Below, one piece after another: positions 1 to 8,275 of a DNA stretch of 32,000 nucleotides. A model generated the notes under the pieces. That model did not search any database. It saw nothing but the letters and a program-made list of their open reading frames with translations, and was not told the DNA's origin. The stretch comes from Sedimentisphaera cyanobacteriorum (GTDB taxonomy: Bacteria; Planctomycetota; Phycisphaerae; Sedimentisphaerales; Sedimentisphaeraceae): positions 300,001 to 332,000 of the forward strand of contig NZ_CP019633.1 in assembly GCF_001997385.1 (NCBI RefSeq), read 5' to 3'. A program made the position numbers and the translations under genes. Each line of letters begins with the position of its first letter. Within the stretch, counting starts at the first letter, position 1.

Positions 1-465
1 GAGCTGCCTGTCTTCCAAGCAGCCTGCAATAAGCAGAACTGCATCAGCGTTTGCTGCGGCAGATTCATAAATCTGATACTCTGTTACGATGAAATCCTTC
101 CGCAGAACCGGAAGGGTAGAAGCCTTCTTAACGCTGCGAAGGTCTTCCAGCGAGCCGTTGAAGTAGTCCGGCTCTGTAAGCACTGATATAGCGCATGCCC
201 CGCCTTCTTCATAAATTTTCGCAGTTTCAGCAGCATCTACGCTTTCTTTGATAATTCCCTTTGAAGGCGACCGGCGTTTTATCTCGGCGATTATATTTAT
301 TGCATCGAAATCCTGCTTCAGCGCTGTGAAGAATCGCCGCTTGGGTCTTTCGGAATCTATCTCCGCCTTTACCGCTTCAATCGGCTTGTTTTGAATGTCT
401 TGCGCAACGAGCTCAAGCCTTCTTTCCACAATCTCCGCTAATATGTTTCTCTGCTCTGTTTTCAT
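1..465 (-). CDS. trpC: Indole-3-glycerol phosphate synthase TrpC, N-terminal part; the gene runs off the left window edge
   Basis: Not in the ORF track because it is open at the edge. My minus-strand translation from the ATG at 465..463 reads MKTEQRNILAEIVERRLE...IIAEIKRRSPSKGII...CAISVLTEPDYFNGS...LPVLRKDFIVTEYQIYE. The EIKxxSPSKG, ISVLTE and KDFI motifs are TrpC signatures. The start overlaps the trpD stop by 1 nt (TAATG). Confidence 0.9.
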   Translation of the reverse strand, partial: MKTEQRNILAEIVERRLELVAQDIQNKPIEAVKAEIDSERPKRRFFTALKQDFDAINIIAEIKRRSPSKGIIKESVDAAETAKIYEEGGACAISVLTEPDYFNGSLEDLRSVKKASTLPVLRKDFIVTEYQIYESAAANADAVLLIAGCLEDRQL

Positions 466-1469
466 TATGCAAACTCCGCAAGTTCTTTCAGTTTATCCTT
501 GGCTCTGCCCTGATCGATAACCTCTTCAGCAATCTTTATCCCTTCCTCTATTCTCTCGGCCTCTCCGCCTGCGGTAATTGCGAATGCCGCATTTATCACC
601 ACAACATCCCTTGCAGGGCTTTTTCTGCCTGAGAATATATCGTCAATTATCTCAGCATTCTGCTGCACATCCCCGCCTTTCAGCGATTCGGGCTCTGCGT
701 AGCTGCCGAAATAGATATCCGGATAAAGCTCGTATGTCTTCACTGTACCGTTATTAAGCTCGCTTATGCGGGTTGATTCGCATACGGAGATCTCATCGAG
801 CCCGTCATTGCCGTGAACGATAAATGCCCTCTGAGAACCAAGCAAATTCAGAGCATTTGCGAACATCTCTGTAAGCTCCGGAGCAAACACGCCCAGAAGC
901 TGGCGTCTTGTGCCTGCGGGGTTGGTAAGCGGGCCTAGCATATTAAATATGCTTCTTATTCCCAGTTCTTTCCTCGGCCCTGCGGCGTGCTTCATCGCCG
1001 AGTGAAACTTTGGTGCAAAAAGAAAGCCTATTCCGATAGTGTCCACTGCATCTGCCACTATTTCCGGCTCCACATCCAGATTAACTCCGAAAGCCTCGAG
1101 CACATCTGCGCTGCCGCATTTGCTAGATACGCTCCTGTTCCCGTGTTTGGCCACGCTTACCCCAGCTCCCGCTGCCACGAATGCGGTGGCAGTGGATATA
1201 TTGAATGTTCCGAGGCTGTCTCCGCCTGTCCCGCATGTGTCGATATGGTTTGAGGTGGTAAGCTGCATCTTTTTCGCCTTAGAACGCATTGCAGATGCCG
1301 CACCAGCCAGCTCCTCAAACGATACGCCCTTGCAGGCAAGACCCATAATCAGAGCTCCTGTTTGAGAGCCGGTAAGTTCGCCTGAGAGCATCTGGTCGAA
1401 AAGCTCTGCTACCTGCCTGCGGGATAAATCTTTCTTCTCAATTAAATCATTCAGTACATCAGATATCAT
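465..1469 (-). CDS. trpD: Anthranilate phosphoribosyltransferase
   Basis: 334-aa ORF. It has the GTGGD motif (DTCGTGGDSLGTFNISTA) and KHGNRSVSSKCGSADVLEA, typical of TrpD. It sits in trpE-G-D-C order. Confidence 0.95.
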   Translation of the reverse strand: MISDVLNDLIEKKDLSRRQVAELFDQMLSGELTGSQTGALIMGLACKGVSFEELAGAASAMRSKAKKMQLTTSNHIDTCGTGGDSLGTFNISTATAFVAAGAGVSVAKHGNRSVSSKCGSADVLEAFGVNLDVEPEIVADAVDTIGIGFLFAPKFHSAMKHAAGPRKELGIRSIFNMLGPLTNPAGTRRQLLGVFAPELTEMFANALNLLGSQRAFIVHGNDGLDEISVCESTRISELNNGTVKTYELYPDIYFGSYAEPESLKGGDVQQNAEIIDDIFSGRKSPARDVVVINAAFAITAGGEAERIEEGIKIAEEVIDQGRAKDKLKELAEFA

Positions 1470-1482
1470 CTTGCAGTCTCCC

Positions 1483-2103
1483 TTAAATTAACGCCTCGGC
1501 GAATCTGCCTGTCCCGCCGTCTTTGTCGGTGAGCAGTTTGGCCTGATTTATAAAATTCCGCAGCATCCTTTTTCCGTGCGGACTCATTATCGATTCCGGA
1601 TGGAACTGTACACCCTCGGTGAAGTGGGTTTTGTGGCGAAGGCCCATAATCTCGCCGTCCTCGCTCTCAGCGGATATCTCCAGCTCTTCAGGAAGCGATT
1701 CCCTGTCCACAACAAGCGAATGGTATCTCATTGCCCTGAAGGGTTTTTTGAAGCCGGAGAAAATCCCCTTCGCATCGTTTGTTATCTCGGAGGTTTTTCC
1801 GTGCATAATTTTCCCCGCACGGATTATCTTGCCTCCGAATGCCTCAGCAATTGCCTGATGACCGAGACAAACCCCGAGAATTGGAATCTTCCCGCTGAAA
1901 TTCTTTACCGCTTCAACGGATATACCCGCCTGAGAAGGCCTCCCTGGCCCGGGAGAGATCACTATCGCCTCGGGGTTCATTTTCTCTATCTCAGAGCAGC
2001 TGACCGCATCGTTTCTGTAAACAGCAGTTTCGGCCTCAAGCTCCCTGAGGTACTGCTCTAAGTTGTAGGTGAAGGAGTCGTAATTATCAATTAAAAGTAT
2101 CAT
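1483..2103 (-). CDS. trpG: Anthranilate synthase component II (glutamine amidotransferase, TrpG/PabA type)
   Basis: 206-aa ORF: MILLIDNYDSFTYNL..., catalytic GVCLGHQAI, and the HPES histidine/glutamate of class I GATases. It lies 24 nt downstream of trpE. Confidence 0.93.
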   Translation of the reverse strand: MILLIDNYDSFTYNLEQYLRELEAETAVYRNDAVSCSEIEKMNPEAIVISPGPGRPSQAGISVEAVKNFSGKIPILGVCLGHQAIAEAFGGKIIRAGKIMHGKTSEITNDAKGIFSGFKKPFRAMRYHSLVVDRESLPEELEISAESEDGEIMGLRHKTHFTEGVQFHPESIMSPHGKRMLRNFINQAKLLTDKDGGTGRFAEALI

Positions 2104-2127
2104 TGCTCAGCCTTTCGTTTCTATTGA

Positions 2128-3624
2128 TTAATGGCTTCCCGGGAGCATAACTTCCTCTATGAAAGTTAGAGCCCGCTGGATAGACATAGATTTATTAACA
2201 GTTTCAATGTATTCGCTTTCGGGGTCGGAATCTGCAACTATCCCAGCCCCCGCCTGTACTGTAACCTTATTCTTCTCCACAACCGCAGTTCGTATTGTAA
2301 TGGCCATATCCATATCGCCGTTGAATGAGATGTAGCCTGCGCAGCCGCCGTAGGGGCCTCTGGGCTGTTCTTCCATCTCGCCTATAATCTCCATTGCACG
2401 CACCTTCGGAGCGCCTGACAGCGTGCCTGCGGGGAAGGCGGCCTGGATGAGGTCGAAGCAGTCTTTCTGCTGCCTGATATTGCATTCTACATTAGATACA
2501 AGATGCATAACATGCGAATAACGCTCCACTATCATAAGGTCTGTTACCTGAACAGTGCCTGTCTGAGCGATTCGGCCGAGGTCGTTGCGCCCGAGGTCAA
2601 CGAGCATCAAATGCTCTGCCCGTTCCTTCTCATCTTTGAGCAGTTCATCGGCGAGTTTGCGGTCTTCCTGCTGGCTGGCTCCTCTCTTTCGCGTGCCTGC
2701 TATCGGCTTCAAAAAAGCCTTGTCGCTTTCAAGCCGAACCATAGTTTCAGGCGAAGAGCCCACAAGCGTTCTATCGTCTATATCAATGAAAAACATATAT
2801 GGCGAGGGGTTTATATAACGCTGAGCCCTGTAAAGCGACAGCGGGCTTACTCGGTGGTCGCATATAAACGGGTGCGAGATTACCGCCTGAATTATATCGC
2901 CCTCTGCGATATGCTCCTTAACATTTTCAACCTTTTCCATAAATTCTTCTTTCCCGCATGTAGGCTTTACGGAGAAATCCCCGTGGTCTTTGGCTATAGT
3001 TGAAACTGCAGGTGTTTGAAGCATCTGCCTTACCGAGAACACCTTCTCCGAGGCCTGCTGATAGGCCTTCTGCGGATCAGAAACTTCTTCCTTGAAGGCC
3101 AGTGCCGCACATACCGAGGTATGTTTGGAATTATCGAAAGATATAATCACCTCCGGAATAACAAAGCATGCAATCGATTCATCTTTCCCGAGCTTGTTTG
3201 GGATTTTCTCAAAGAAACTCACCATCTCGTAGTTCATATACCCCACAAGGCCGGCAGGCATCCTTTCGATCCTGCTTATGCGGGCAAGGTTATACTCCGA
3301 TGAAATCCTGCGAAGAACATCAAAAGGCCGGCCTTCATGATTAATCTTCTGCCTGCCCTGCGAGCCGGTTATTACTACATCCTCGGCAAACACCTCAACC
3401 TTCTTGTGAACGCCCACTCCAATGAAGCTGTATTTGCCCCAGCGGTCTCCGCCTTCAACGCTCTCAAGCAGGAAAATCCGGCCTTCGTAGGCGTCGTAGA
3501 GTTTGGCAAAGAGCGATACAGGCGTTTCCATATCAGCAAGAAACTCCGAGCATACCACCCCAACGCTGTTTTCTGCAAACTGCTTCTTAAACTCTTCAAA
3601 ATTAGGGAACTTGTCTAAATTCAT
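2128..3624 (-). CDS. trpE: Anthranilate synthase component I
   Basis: 498-aa ORF. It has the LLESVEGG tryptophan-feedback motif near the N-terminus and a chorismate-binding C-terminus (GTLSGAPKVRAMEII, PRGPYGG..GY). Confidence 0.95.
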   Translation of the reverse strand: MNLDKFPNFEEFKKQFAENSVGVVCSEFLADMETPVSLFAKLYDAYEGRIFLLESVEGGDRWGKYSFIGVGVHKKVEVFAEDVVITGSQGRQKINHEGRPFDVLRRISSEYNLARISRIERMPAGLVGYMNYEMVSFFEKIPNKLGKDESIACFVIPEVIISFDNSKHTSVCAALAFKEEVSDPQKAYQQASEKVFSVRQMLQTPAVSTIAKDHGDFSVKPTCGKEEFMEKVENVKEHIAEGDIIQAVISHPFICDHRVSPLSLYRAQRYINPSPYMFFIDIDDRTLVGSSPETMVRLESDKAFLKPIAGTRKRGASQQEDRKLADELLKDEKERAEHLMLVDLGRNDLGRIAQTGTVQVTDLMIVERYSHVMHLVSNVECNIRQQKDCFDLIQAAFPAGTLSGAPKVRAMEIIGEMEEQPRGPYGGCAGYISFNGDMDMAITIRTAVVEKNKVTVQAGAGIVADSDPESEYIETVNKSMSIQRALTFIEEVMLPGSH

Positions 3625-3654
3625 TTTAATATAACCTTCAAATTTTTCTCATAT

Positions 3655-3692
3655 AATAAAAATGGCCGTAAACTCTGAGAGAGCTTACGGCC
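3655..3692 (-). terminator. Intrinsic-terminator-like hairpin plus T-tract, 30-40 nt upstream of the trpE start (candidate attenuator terminator)
   Basis: Minus strand reads GGCCGTAAGCTCTCTCAGAGTTTACGGCC followed by ATTTTTATTATAT. The stem is 3664-3671/3685-3692 (8 bp), extended by 4 bp (3673-3676/3680-3683) after one mismatch, with a 3-nt loop. It lies between the leader ORF and trpE. Confidence 0.6.
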
Positions 3693-3734
3693 TGCGTACC
3701 CGATTTCAGCGCACAACTTTTCCGGAAGCTTCCC

Positions 3735-3788
3735 TCATTTCTCAGGAAGCCAGCACCAGTAAAAGCTGTTATATGCACTTGAAATCAT
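3735..3788 (-). CDS. Candidate trp leader peptide, 17 aa: MISSAYNSFYWCWLPEK
   Basis: My translation of the minus strand: ATG ATT TCA AGT GCA TAT AAC AGC TTT TAC TGG TGC TGG CTT CCT GAG AAA TGA. Two Trp codons fall within three codons (plus-strand CCAGCACCA, 3750-3758). AAGGGA lies 7 nt upstream of the ATG. The ORF ends about 42 nt before the terminator hairpin. Confidence 0.55.
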   Translation of the reverse strand: MISSAYNSFYWCWLPEK

Positions 3789-3829
3789 AGATTTTCCCTT
3801 TCGTTACTATCTACAGAAACATCGTATCA

Positions 3830-3881
3830 AAATAAAAACGGCAATCAAGTTTAAAAACTGTTATTTTTAAATTTTTTGCCG
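3830..3881 (-). terminator. Possible terminator after the 735-aa gene
   Basis: Minus strand: CGGCAA (3844..3839) pairs with TTGCCG, with an inner TTTAAAAA/TTTTTAAA pairing, followed by TTTTTATTTT. The hairpin is long, imperfect and A/T-rich, so this call is weak. Confidence 0.35.
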
Positions 3882-3897
3882 CTTTTTTTTAATTTAT

Positions 3898-6105
3898 TTA
3901 TTTCTGCTTTTCTTTCGTCTCAGCAGGCTTTTCAGCGGCCTTGCTTTCGTTTTTCGGCTGCTTTTCCTGCTTTTTCTTCTCCGGCTCAGGAGCAAGCGAA
4001 TCGAGGAATTTCTTCCATTCCGGCTTTCCTGTGGCAGGGATGCTGGTAATTTTTTTGAGGAATCCTGCCTTGTCTTCCTTGCTGATTTCTTTGTCGTTCA
4101 AGAGAGATAGAGTGAGCTTGTGAGCCTGTGAGTCTTTAGTGAAATCTTTTCTGCTTATCACCATCTTCAGCACATCGCTGAAGCCTGAATAATCTTTTAC
4201 TGCAGCAAACACATTCAGCGCTCTGTTCTGCTGCTGAGGGGATAGGGAGTCCCCGCCCATAATTTTTCTGTAGCAGGAGGCAGCCTGCTGATGCATATCT
4301 CTTGAGTAGAAGGCGTTGGCAGCTGTCTTAAATGATTCAATCGAAAGGTTGTTTTTCTGCATTGCAGCCTCGAGCAGTTCCACCTTCTTTTTCTCAGGCA
4401 TATCATAGCTCTGAAGATGAGATACCACAGTGTCAGAAACATTCCCGTCTGTCCGCTTCATTATGCTTTTAAGCGTATCTGCTGCCTGTTCGGGCATTTG
4501 ATTAATCTTGCTTTCGATCCATTTAATGTCTTTTTCGTTGCCTGCCTGAGAGGCTGTCTGAAGAGATTTTGCCAGTATCTGCTCTGATCTGTTATAAAGC
4601 TCAGAGCTGCGGATTTTCTGGAGCAGGTCTGATTTGCTTATAACTTCAAGACAGGATACCGCTGCACCGAGCAGTTTGCCGTTTTTGCTTGAGAGCGTCT
4701 GGCTTAAAGCAGGTTCAAACAGTTTAACAGCGATAGAGCGGTAATGAGCGTTCTGGGCAAAAAGGCCTGCTGAACGTTTGAGAATCTCAGACGCAAAATC
4801 CTGATCTTCTGTAACCGCAGACTGATATTTTTTCAGAATCGCTGTGAAGTATTCCCGCGTCTGATCTTCGCTGATGCCGTTTCTGTCGAGCAGTTTCCTT
4901 ATAGATTCTACTGCTGAGAGAACCTCTGTGCGATTGCCGTTTTGAATCATTTTTTTTGCTGTATTGAGAGCAAAAACCCGCACCTCCGGCTCAACTTTAA
5001 CTTCGGATGACTGCAGGAGCCCGAAGTAACAGCTCTCGGTAAGAGCCTCGAACTGAGCCAGCTTGGCCTCGGGGTTTGTTTCCCGCTGAAGCTGTGTGTA
5101 AAGCTCCTGGGAAGGATTGCTCTCAGCGAGATATACCATAAGCTCTGCTGTGGCTTTTCTCACCTGTGTTTTTTCGTCCGAGATGAGTGTTTTTAGTTTT
5201 TCTTTTATCTTATTAGGTACTTCTGCATTGCTGCGCCACTGCTCAGCTTTGCCTACAGCCCACAGCCTTACATTGAAGTTCGGGCTTTCAAGCTTTTCGA
5301 TGATCAAACTTACCCTCTGCTCGGTCTTTTCTGTGGTGTCGTAGAGCCTGTTGAGCGTGTCGAGCAGCTCGTTCTTGAGCCTGTCGCTGTAGCTCTGGAG
5401 CTCTTTTATAGTTTTGTTCTGAGCTGTAAGCTTGTTTTCAATTATCTGTTCAGGGCTCTTTTCTTTGAGCTCTTTTATGTAGTCTTCCCAAACCTTGCTG
5501 TTGTCTTCCTCAGGTGCCCAGCCCTGAAGTATCTCCGCTGCTTTTTTGGCAATTTCTCTGTCTTTTAAATCCAGCGCAGCAATCATAGCCTCTACAGCTT
5601 TTTTCTTTGTGAGGTTAAGAGATATTGTGTGCAGAATGTTCAGCTTGCCCTTTTTTCCGGTCTTTTCAGAGAGCAGCTTTTCTTTGAGCTGTTCGCTGTA
5701 CTGTGAGTAGTCAAAGCCTGAAAGGCTTTCAGCCCCGCGCTGCGCCATAGCCGCATCGCTTGAGCACAGGAAATCTATCAGAATGTTTATATATTCCTGC
5801 TGACGGGGAAGTTTTTTCTCCCATGAATTGCGGTTCTCTATTGCTTTAAGCACGGCTTGCTGTGATTCAGCGCTGCCTGAGCTGAAAACATCCTTAATAA
5901 TTTCTAATGCTTCATTCTGCTGGTTGCTGAGAAGTATCTGCTTGGCAGCGGAAACCCTCATTTGAGGCTCTTTATCTGAGCTCAGAGTGGATTTGTATAT
6001 TTCCAGCTTTTCATTTTCATCATCAGCAAATGCAAAACGCCTCTCTCCGCTTGCAGTAAGCAGTAGAAGCAGAACAAATATTTGCAGAGTTGTCTTAATG
6101 TTCAT
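3898..6105 (-). CDS. Secreted alpha-helical (HEAT-like) repeat protein, function unknown
   Basis: 735-aa ORF. The N-terminal signal-like segment is MNIKTTLQIFVLLLLLTASG. The body is long, helical and Leu/Lys/Glu-rich, and the tail is Lys/Glu-rich low complexity (PEPEKKKQEKQPKNESKAAEKPAETKEKQK). I recognise no catalytic motif. Confidence 0.6.
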   Translation of the reverse strand: MNIKTTLQIFVLLLLLTASGERRFAFADDENEKLEIYKSTLSSDKEPQMRVSAAKQILLSNQQNEALEIIKDVFSSGSAESQQAVLKAIENRNSWEKKLPRQQEYINILIDFLCSSDAAMAQRGAESLSGFDYSQYSEQLKEKLLSEKTGKKGKLNILHTISLNLTKKKAVEAMIAALDLKDREIAKKAAEILQGWAPEEDNSKVWEDYIKELKEKSPEQIIENKLTAQNKTIKELQSYSDRLKNELLDTLNRLYDTTEKTEQRVSLIIEKLESPNFNVRLWAVGKAEQWRSNAEVPNKIKEKLKTLISDEKTQVRKATAELMVYLAESNPSQELYTQLQRETNPEAKLAQFEALTESCYFGLLQSSEVKVEPEVRVFALNTAKKMIQNGNRTEVLSAVESIRKLLDRNGISEDQTREYFTAILKKYQSAVTEDQDFASEILKRSAGLFAQNAHYRSIAVKLFEPALSQTLSSKNGKLLGAAVSCLEVISKSDLLQKIRSSELYNRSEQILAKSLQTASQAGNEKDIKWIESKINQMPEQAADTLKSIMKRTDGNVSDTVVSHLQSYDMPEKKKVELLEAAMQKNNLSIESFKTAANAFYSRDMHQQAASCYRKIMGGDSLSPQQQNRALNVFAAVKDYSGFSDVLKMVISRKDFTKDSQAHKLTLSLLNDKEISKEDKAGFLKKITSIPATGKPEWKKFLDSLAPEPEKKKQEKQPKNESKAAEKPAETKEKQK

Positions 6106-6422
6106 TTTATTTTTTAATGGGGTTATATGGTAAAAAGTTAAGATTTATCCGCACGGGTAAACGTATTTTTCCCCGTGCGCTGCATCATATAGTAAAGTAT
6201 AATCAAAACACCTGTGTTTAGTCAATTCTTTATTCTTGCAAATACATAGTTTATATCAAAAAAGCAAAGTTGAAAAAAAATGCCATAATGCTAAAATCTC
6301 TATTCTGTAATACATATTTTCCAAGGTTTTGTTCTTAAGGAAAGGGTATTAAAGCGAATCGTTTTAAGAAAAACAGAATACCGGGAAGCGTAGGCTTAGT
6401 AGAAACCAAGAAGCTCAGCATC

Positions 6423-8135
6423 TTGGAAGAAGAGGAAATTTTTGAGCTTGAATCTGGCGGGGTTCTCAAAGAGGTCGAAGTGGCCTATGAGACCTACGGC
6501 GAGCTCAACGAAGACGGCTCGAATGCTGTTTACATCTGCCATGCGCTTACAGGCGATGCTCATGTTGCCGGCTACAGCTCCAGCGAAGACAGCAAACCCG
6601 GCTGGTGGGACGATATGATCGGACCAGGGAAGTATATCGACACAGAAAAATACTTCGTTATCTGCTCGAATTTTCTCGGCGGCTGCTCGGGCACAACAGG
6701 CCCGTCCTCAATAAATCCCGATACAGGGCTCAAATACGGCCTTGATTTTCCTCTTTTTACTATAAAAGATATGGCACGGGTTCATAAGATGTTTGTCGAT
6801 AAGCTCGGAATTGAAACGCTGCTGTGCGTTATAGGCGGGTCTATGGGCGGAATGCATGCAATGAGAATAGCCATAGATTATCCTGAAAAGGTCAAAAGCG
6901 TTGTCCTTATTGCCACTACCTCCCATCTGGGTGCCCAGGCGATTGCCTTTGATGCAGTTGGGCGTAATGCGATTCTGGCAGATAGACAGTTCAACAGCGG
7001 GCATTATCCGGAGGATAAAGGTCCGGACAGGGGGCTTGGGATTGCCCGAATGATAGGCCATATCACCTATCTTTCTGAAGAAGGGATGAGGCGGAAATTC
7101 GGCCGCGCGCTTCGAAACTCAGACGACTACAGCTACGATTTCGACCCTGAATTCTCTGTAGAGACATACCTTGACCATCAGGGAAGAAGGTTTGTTGAGC
7201 GTTTTGATGCGAACTCCTATCTCTACATTACAAGAGCTATGGATTATTTCGACCTCGAAAAGGAGTTTGGCTCTCTGGAAAAGGCATTCGCCTCGGTTAA
7301 GGCAAGGTTTTTTGTGGTAAGCTATTCGAGCGACTGGCTCTTCCCGCCGGCACACTCGCAGGAGATCGTTGATGCCCTTGTATCTAATGCAAAGGATGTT
7401 TCATACAGCAATATCAACTCGCATCACGGACATGATGCCTTCTTGATTGAAACTGATGTTATCGGCCCGTACATAGAAAATTTCGTTTGGGCTACATCCC
7501 ATAAGATTACAGATTCATTTGCATACACAAGAAACAGTGAGCCGGGCAGGTCTGATTATGAAATCATTCAAAACCAGTTTGTTGTAAGCGGGGATGTTTT
7601 AGACCTCGGCTGCGGGGAAGGCGAACTGCTTGCAAGGCTCAGAGATGTAAACAAATGCGATGTTTTGGGTATTGATATTGATACCGAATCTATAGGTTCG
7701 TGCCTGAAGAAGGGTGTCCCCGCTGTTTGGGCGGACATAGAGGATTCGCTTGAGTCTTTCGCAGACGGGCAGTTTGATTATGTTGTGCTCTCGAAAACAC
7801 TGCAGACAACCAAACGTCCCAAAGAACTGCTCAAGGAGATTGTGCGAATCGGGAGAAAGGCCGTGATTACATTTCCGAATTTCGCCCATATCAGCTGCAG
7901 GGCTCAGCTCTTTTTTACAGGCAGAGCGCCTACTACAAGCTCTCTGCCCTACAGCTGGTACGACAGCCCAAATGTCCATTTCTTCTCGATGAAGGATTTT
8001 GAAAAACTCTGCCGCAGTGTTAATATCCGTATTGAGCAGAGAATAGTCCCAAGAACCGCAGGGACGGGCATTGTCAATTTTCTGCCTAATCTTTTCGGAA
8101 GAGAGGCGATTTATCTTATCAGCAGGGAATCTTGA
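6423..8135 (+). CDS. metX: Fused homoserine O-acetyltransferase (MetX) and MetW-like methyltransferase-fold domain
   Basis: The N-terminal ~365 aa match the MetX alpha/beta hydrolase: AYETYGELN, NAVYICHALTGDAHVAGY, GWWDDMIGPGK, nucleophile elbow GGSMGGM. The C-terminal ~195 aa (from about nt 7545) match MetW: DLGCGEGELL, FDYVVLSKTLQ, PNFAH. The track start (TTG 6423) is probably too far downstream; see the finding on the start codon. Confidence 0.9.
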   Translation: MEEEEIFELESGGVLKEVEVAYETYGELNEDGSNAVYICHALTGDAHVAGYSSSEDSKPGWWDDMIGPGKYIDTEKYFVICSNFLGGCSGTTGPSSINPDTGLKYGLDFPLFTIKDMARVHKMFVDKLGIETLLCVIGGSMGGMHAMRIAIDYPEKVKSVVLIATTSHLGAQAIAFDAVGRNAILADRQFNSGHYPEDKGPDRGLGIARMIGHITYLSEEGMRRKFGRALRNSDDYSYDFDPEFSVETYLDHQGRRFVERFDANSYLYITRAMDYFDLEKEFGSLEKAFASVKARFFVVSYSSDWLFPPAHSQEIVDALVSNAKDVSYSNINSHHGHDAFLIETDVIGPYIENFVWATSHKITDSFAYTRNSEPGRSDYEIIQNQFVVSGDVLDLGCGEGELLARLRDVNKCDVLGIDIDTESIGSCLKKGVPAVWADIEDSLESFADGQFDYVVLSKTLQTTKRPKELLKEIVRIGRKAVITFPNFAHISCRAQLFFTGRAPTTSSLPYSWYDSPNVHFFSMKDFEKLCRSVNIRIEQRIVPRTAGTGIVNFLPNLFGREAIYLISRES

Positions 8136-8275
8136 TTGAGATGGAAGAAATTTTAATTTTTTATTTATTTTTTCGTTTCAAAAGCTGAAATTTAAAACTT
8201 TTGTTTTATAATCACGGTATGATTAGAAATACAATTTTAATACTTGGTTTTCAGTAATACTTTAAGGACAGCAAA

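Noticed and set aside
6106-6347. I looked for a SAM riboswitch or Met leader upstream of metXW, and likewise upstream of metY at 26574-26758.
   Set aside because: Both regions are A/T-rich. I see only promoter-like hexamers (TTGAAA-N16-TAAAAT near 6270-6297; TTGAAT-N16-TATAAT at 26698-26725). Neither has the conserved GC-rich SAM-I/SAM-II cores I know. A hairpin at about 6150-6180 (CGCACGGG/CCCGTGCG) has no terminator context. A covariance-model scan would be needed to exclude divergent riboswitch classes.
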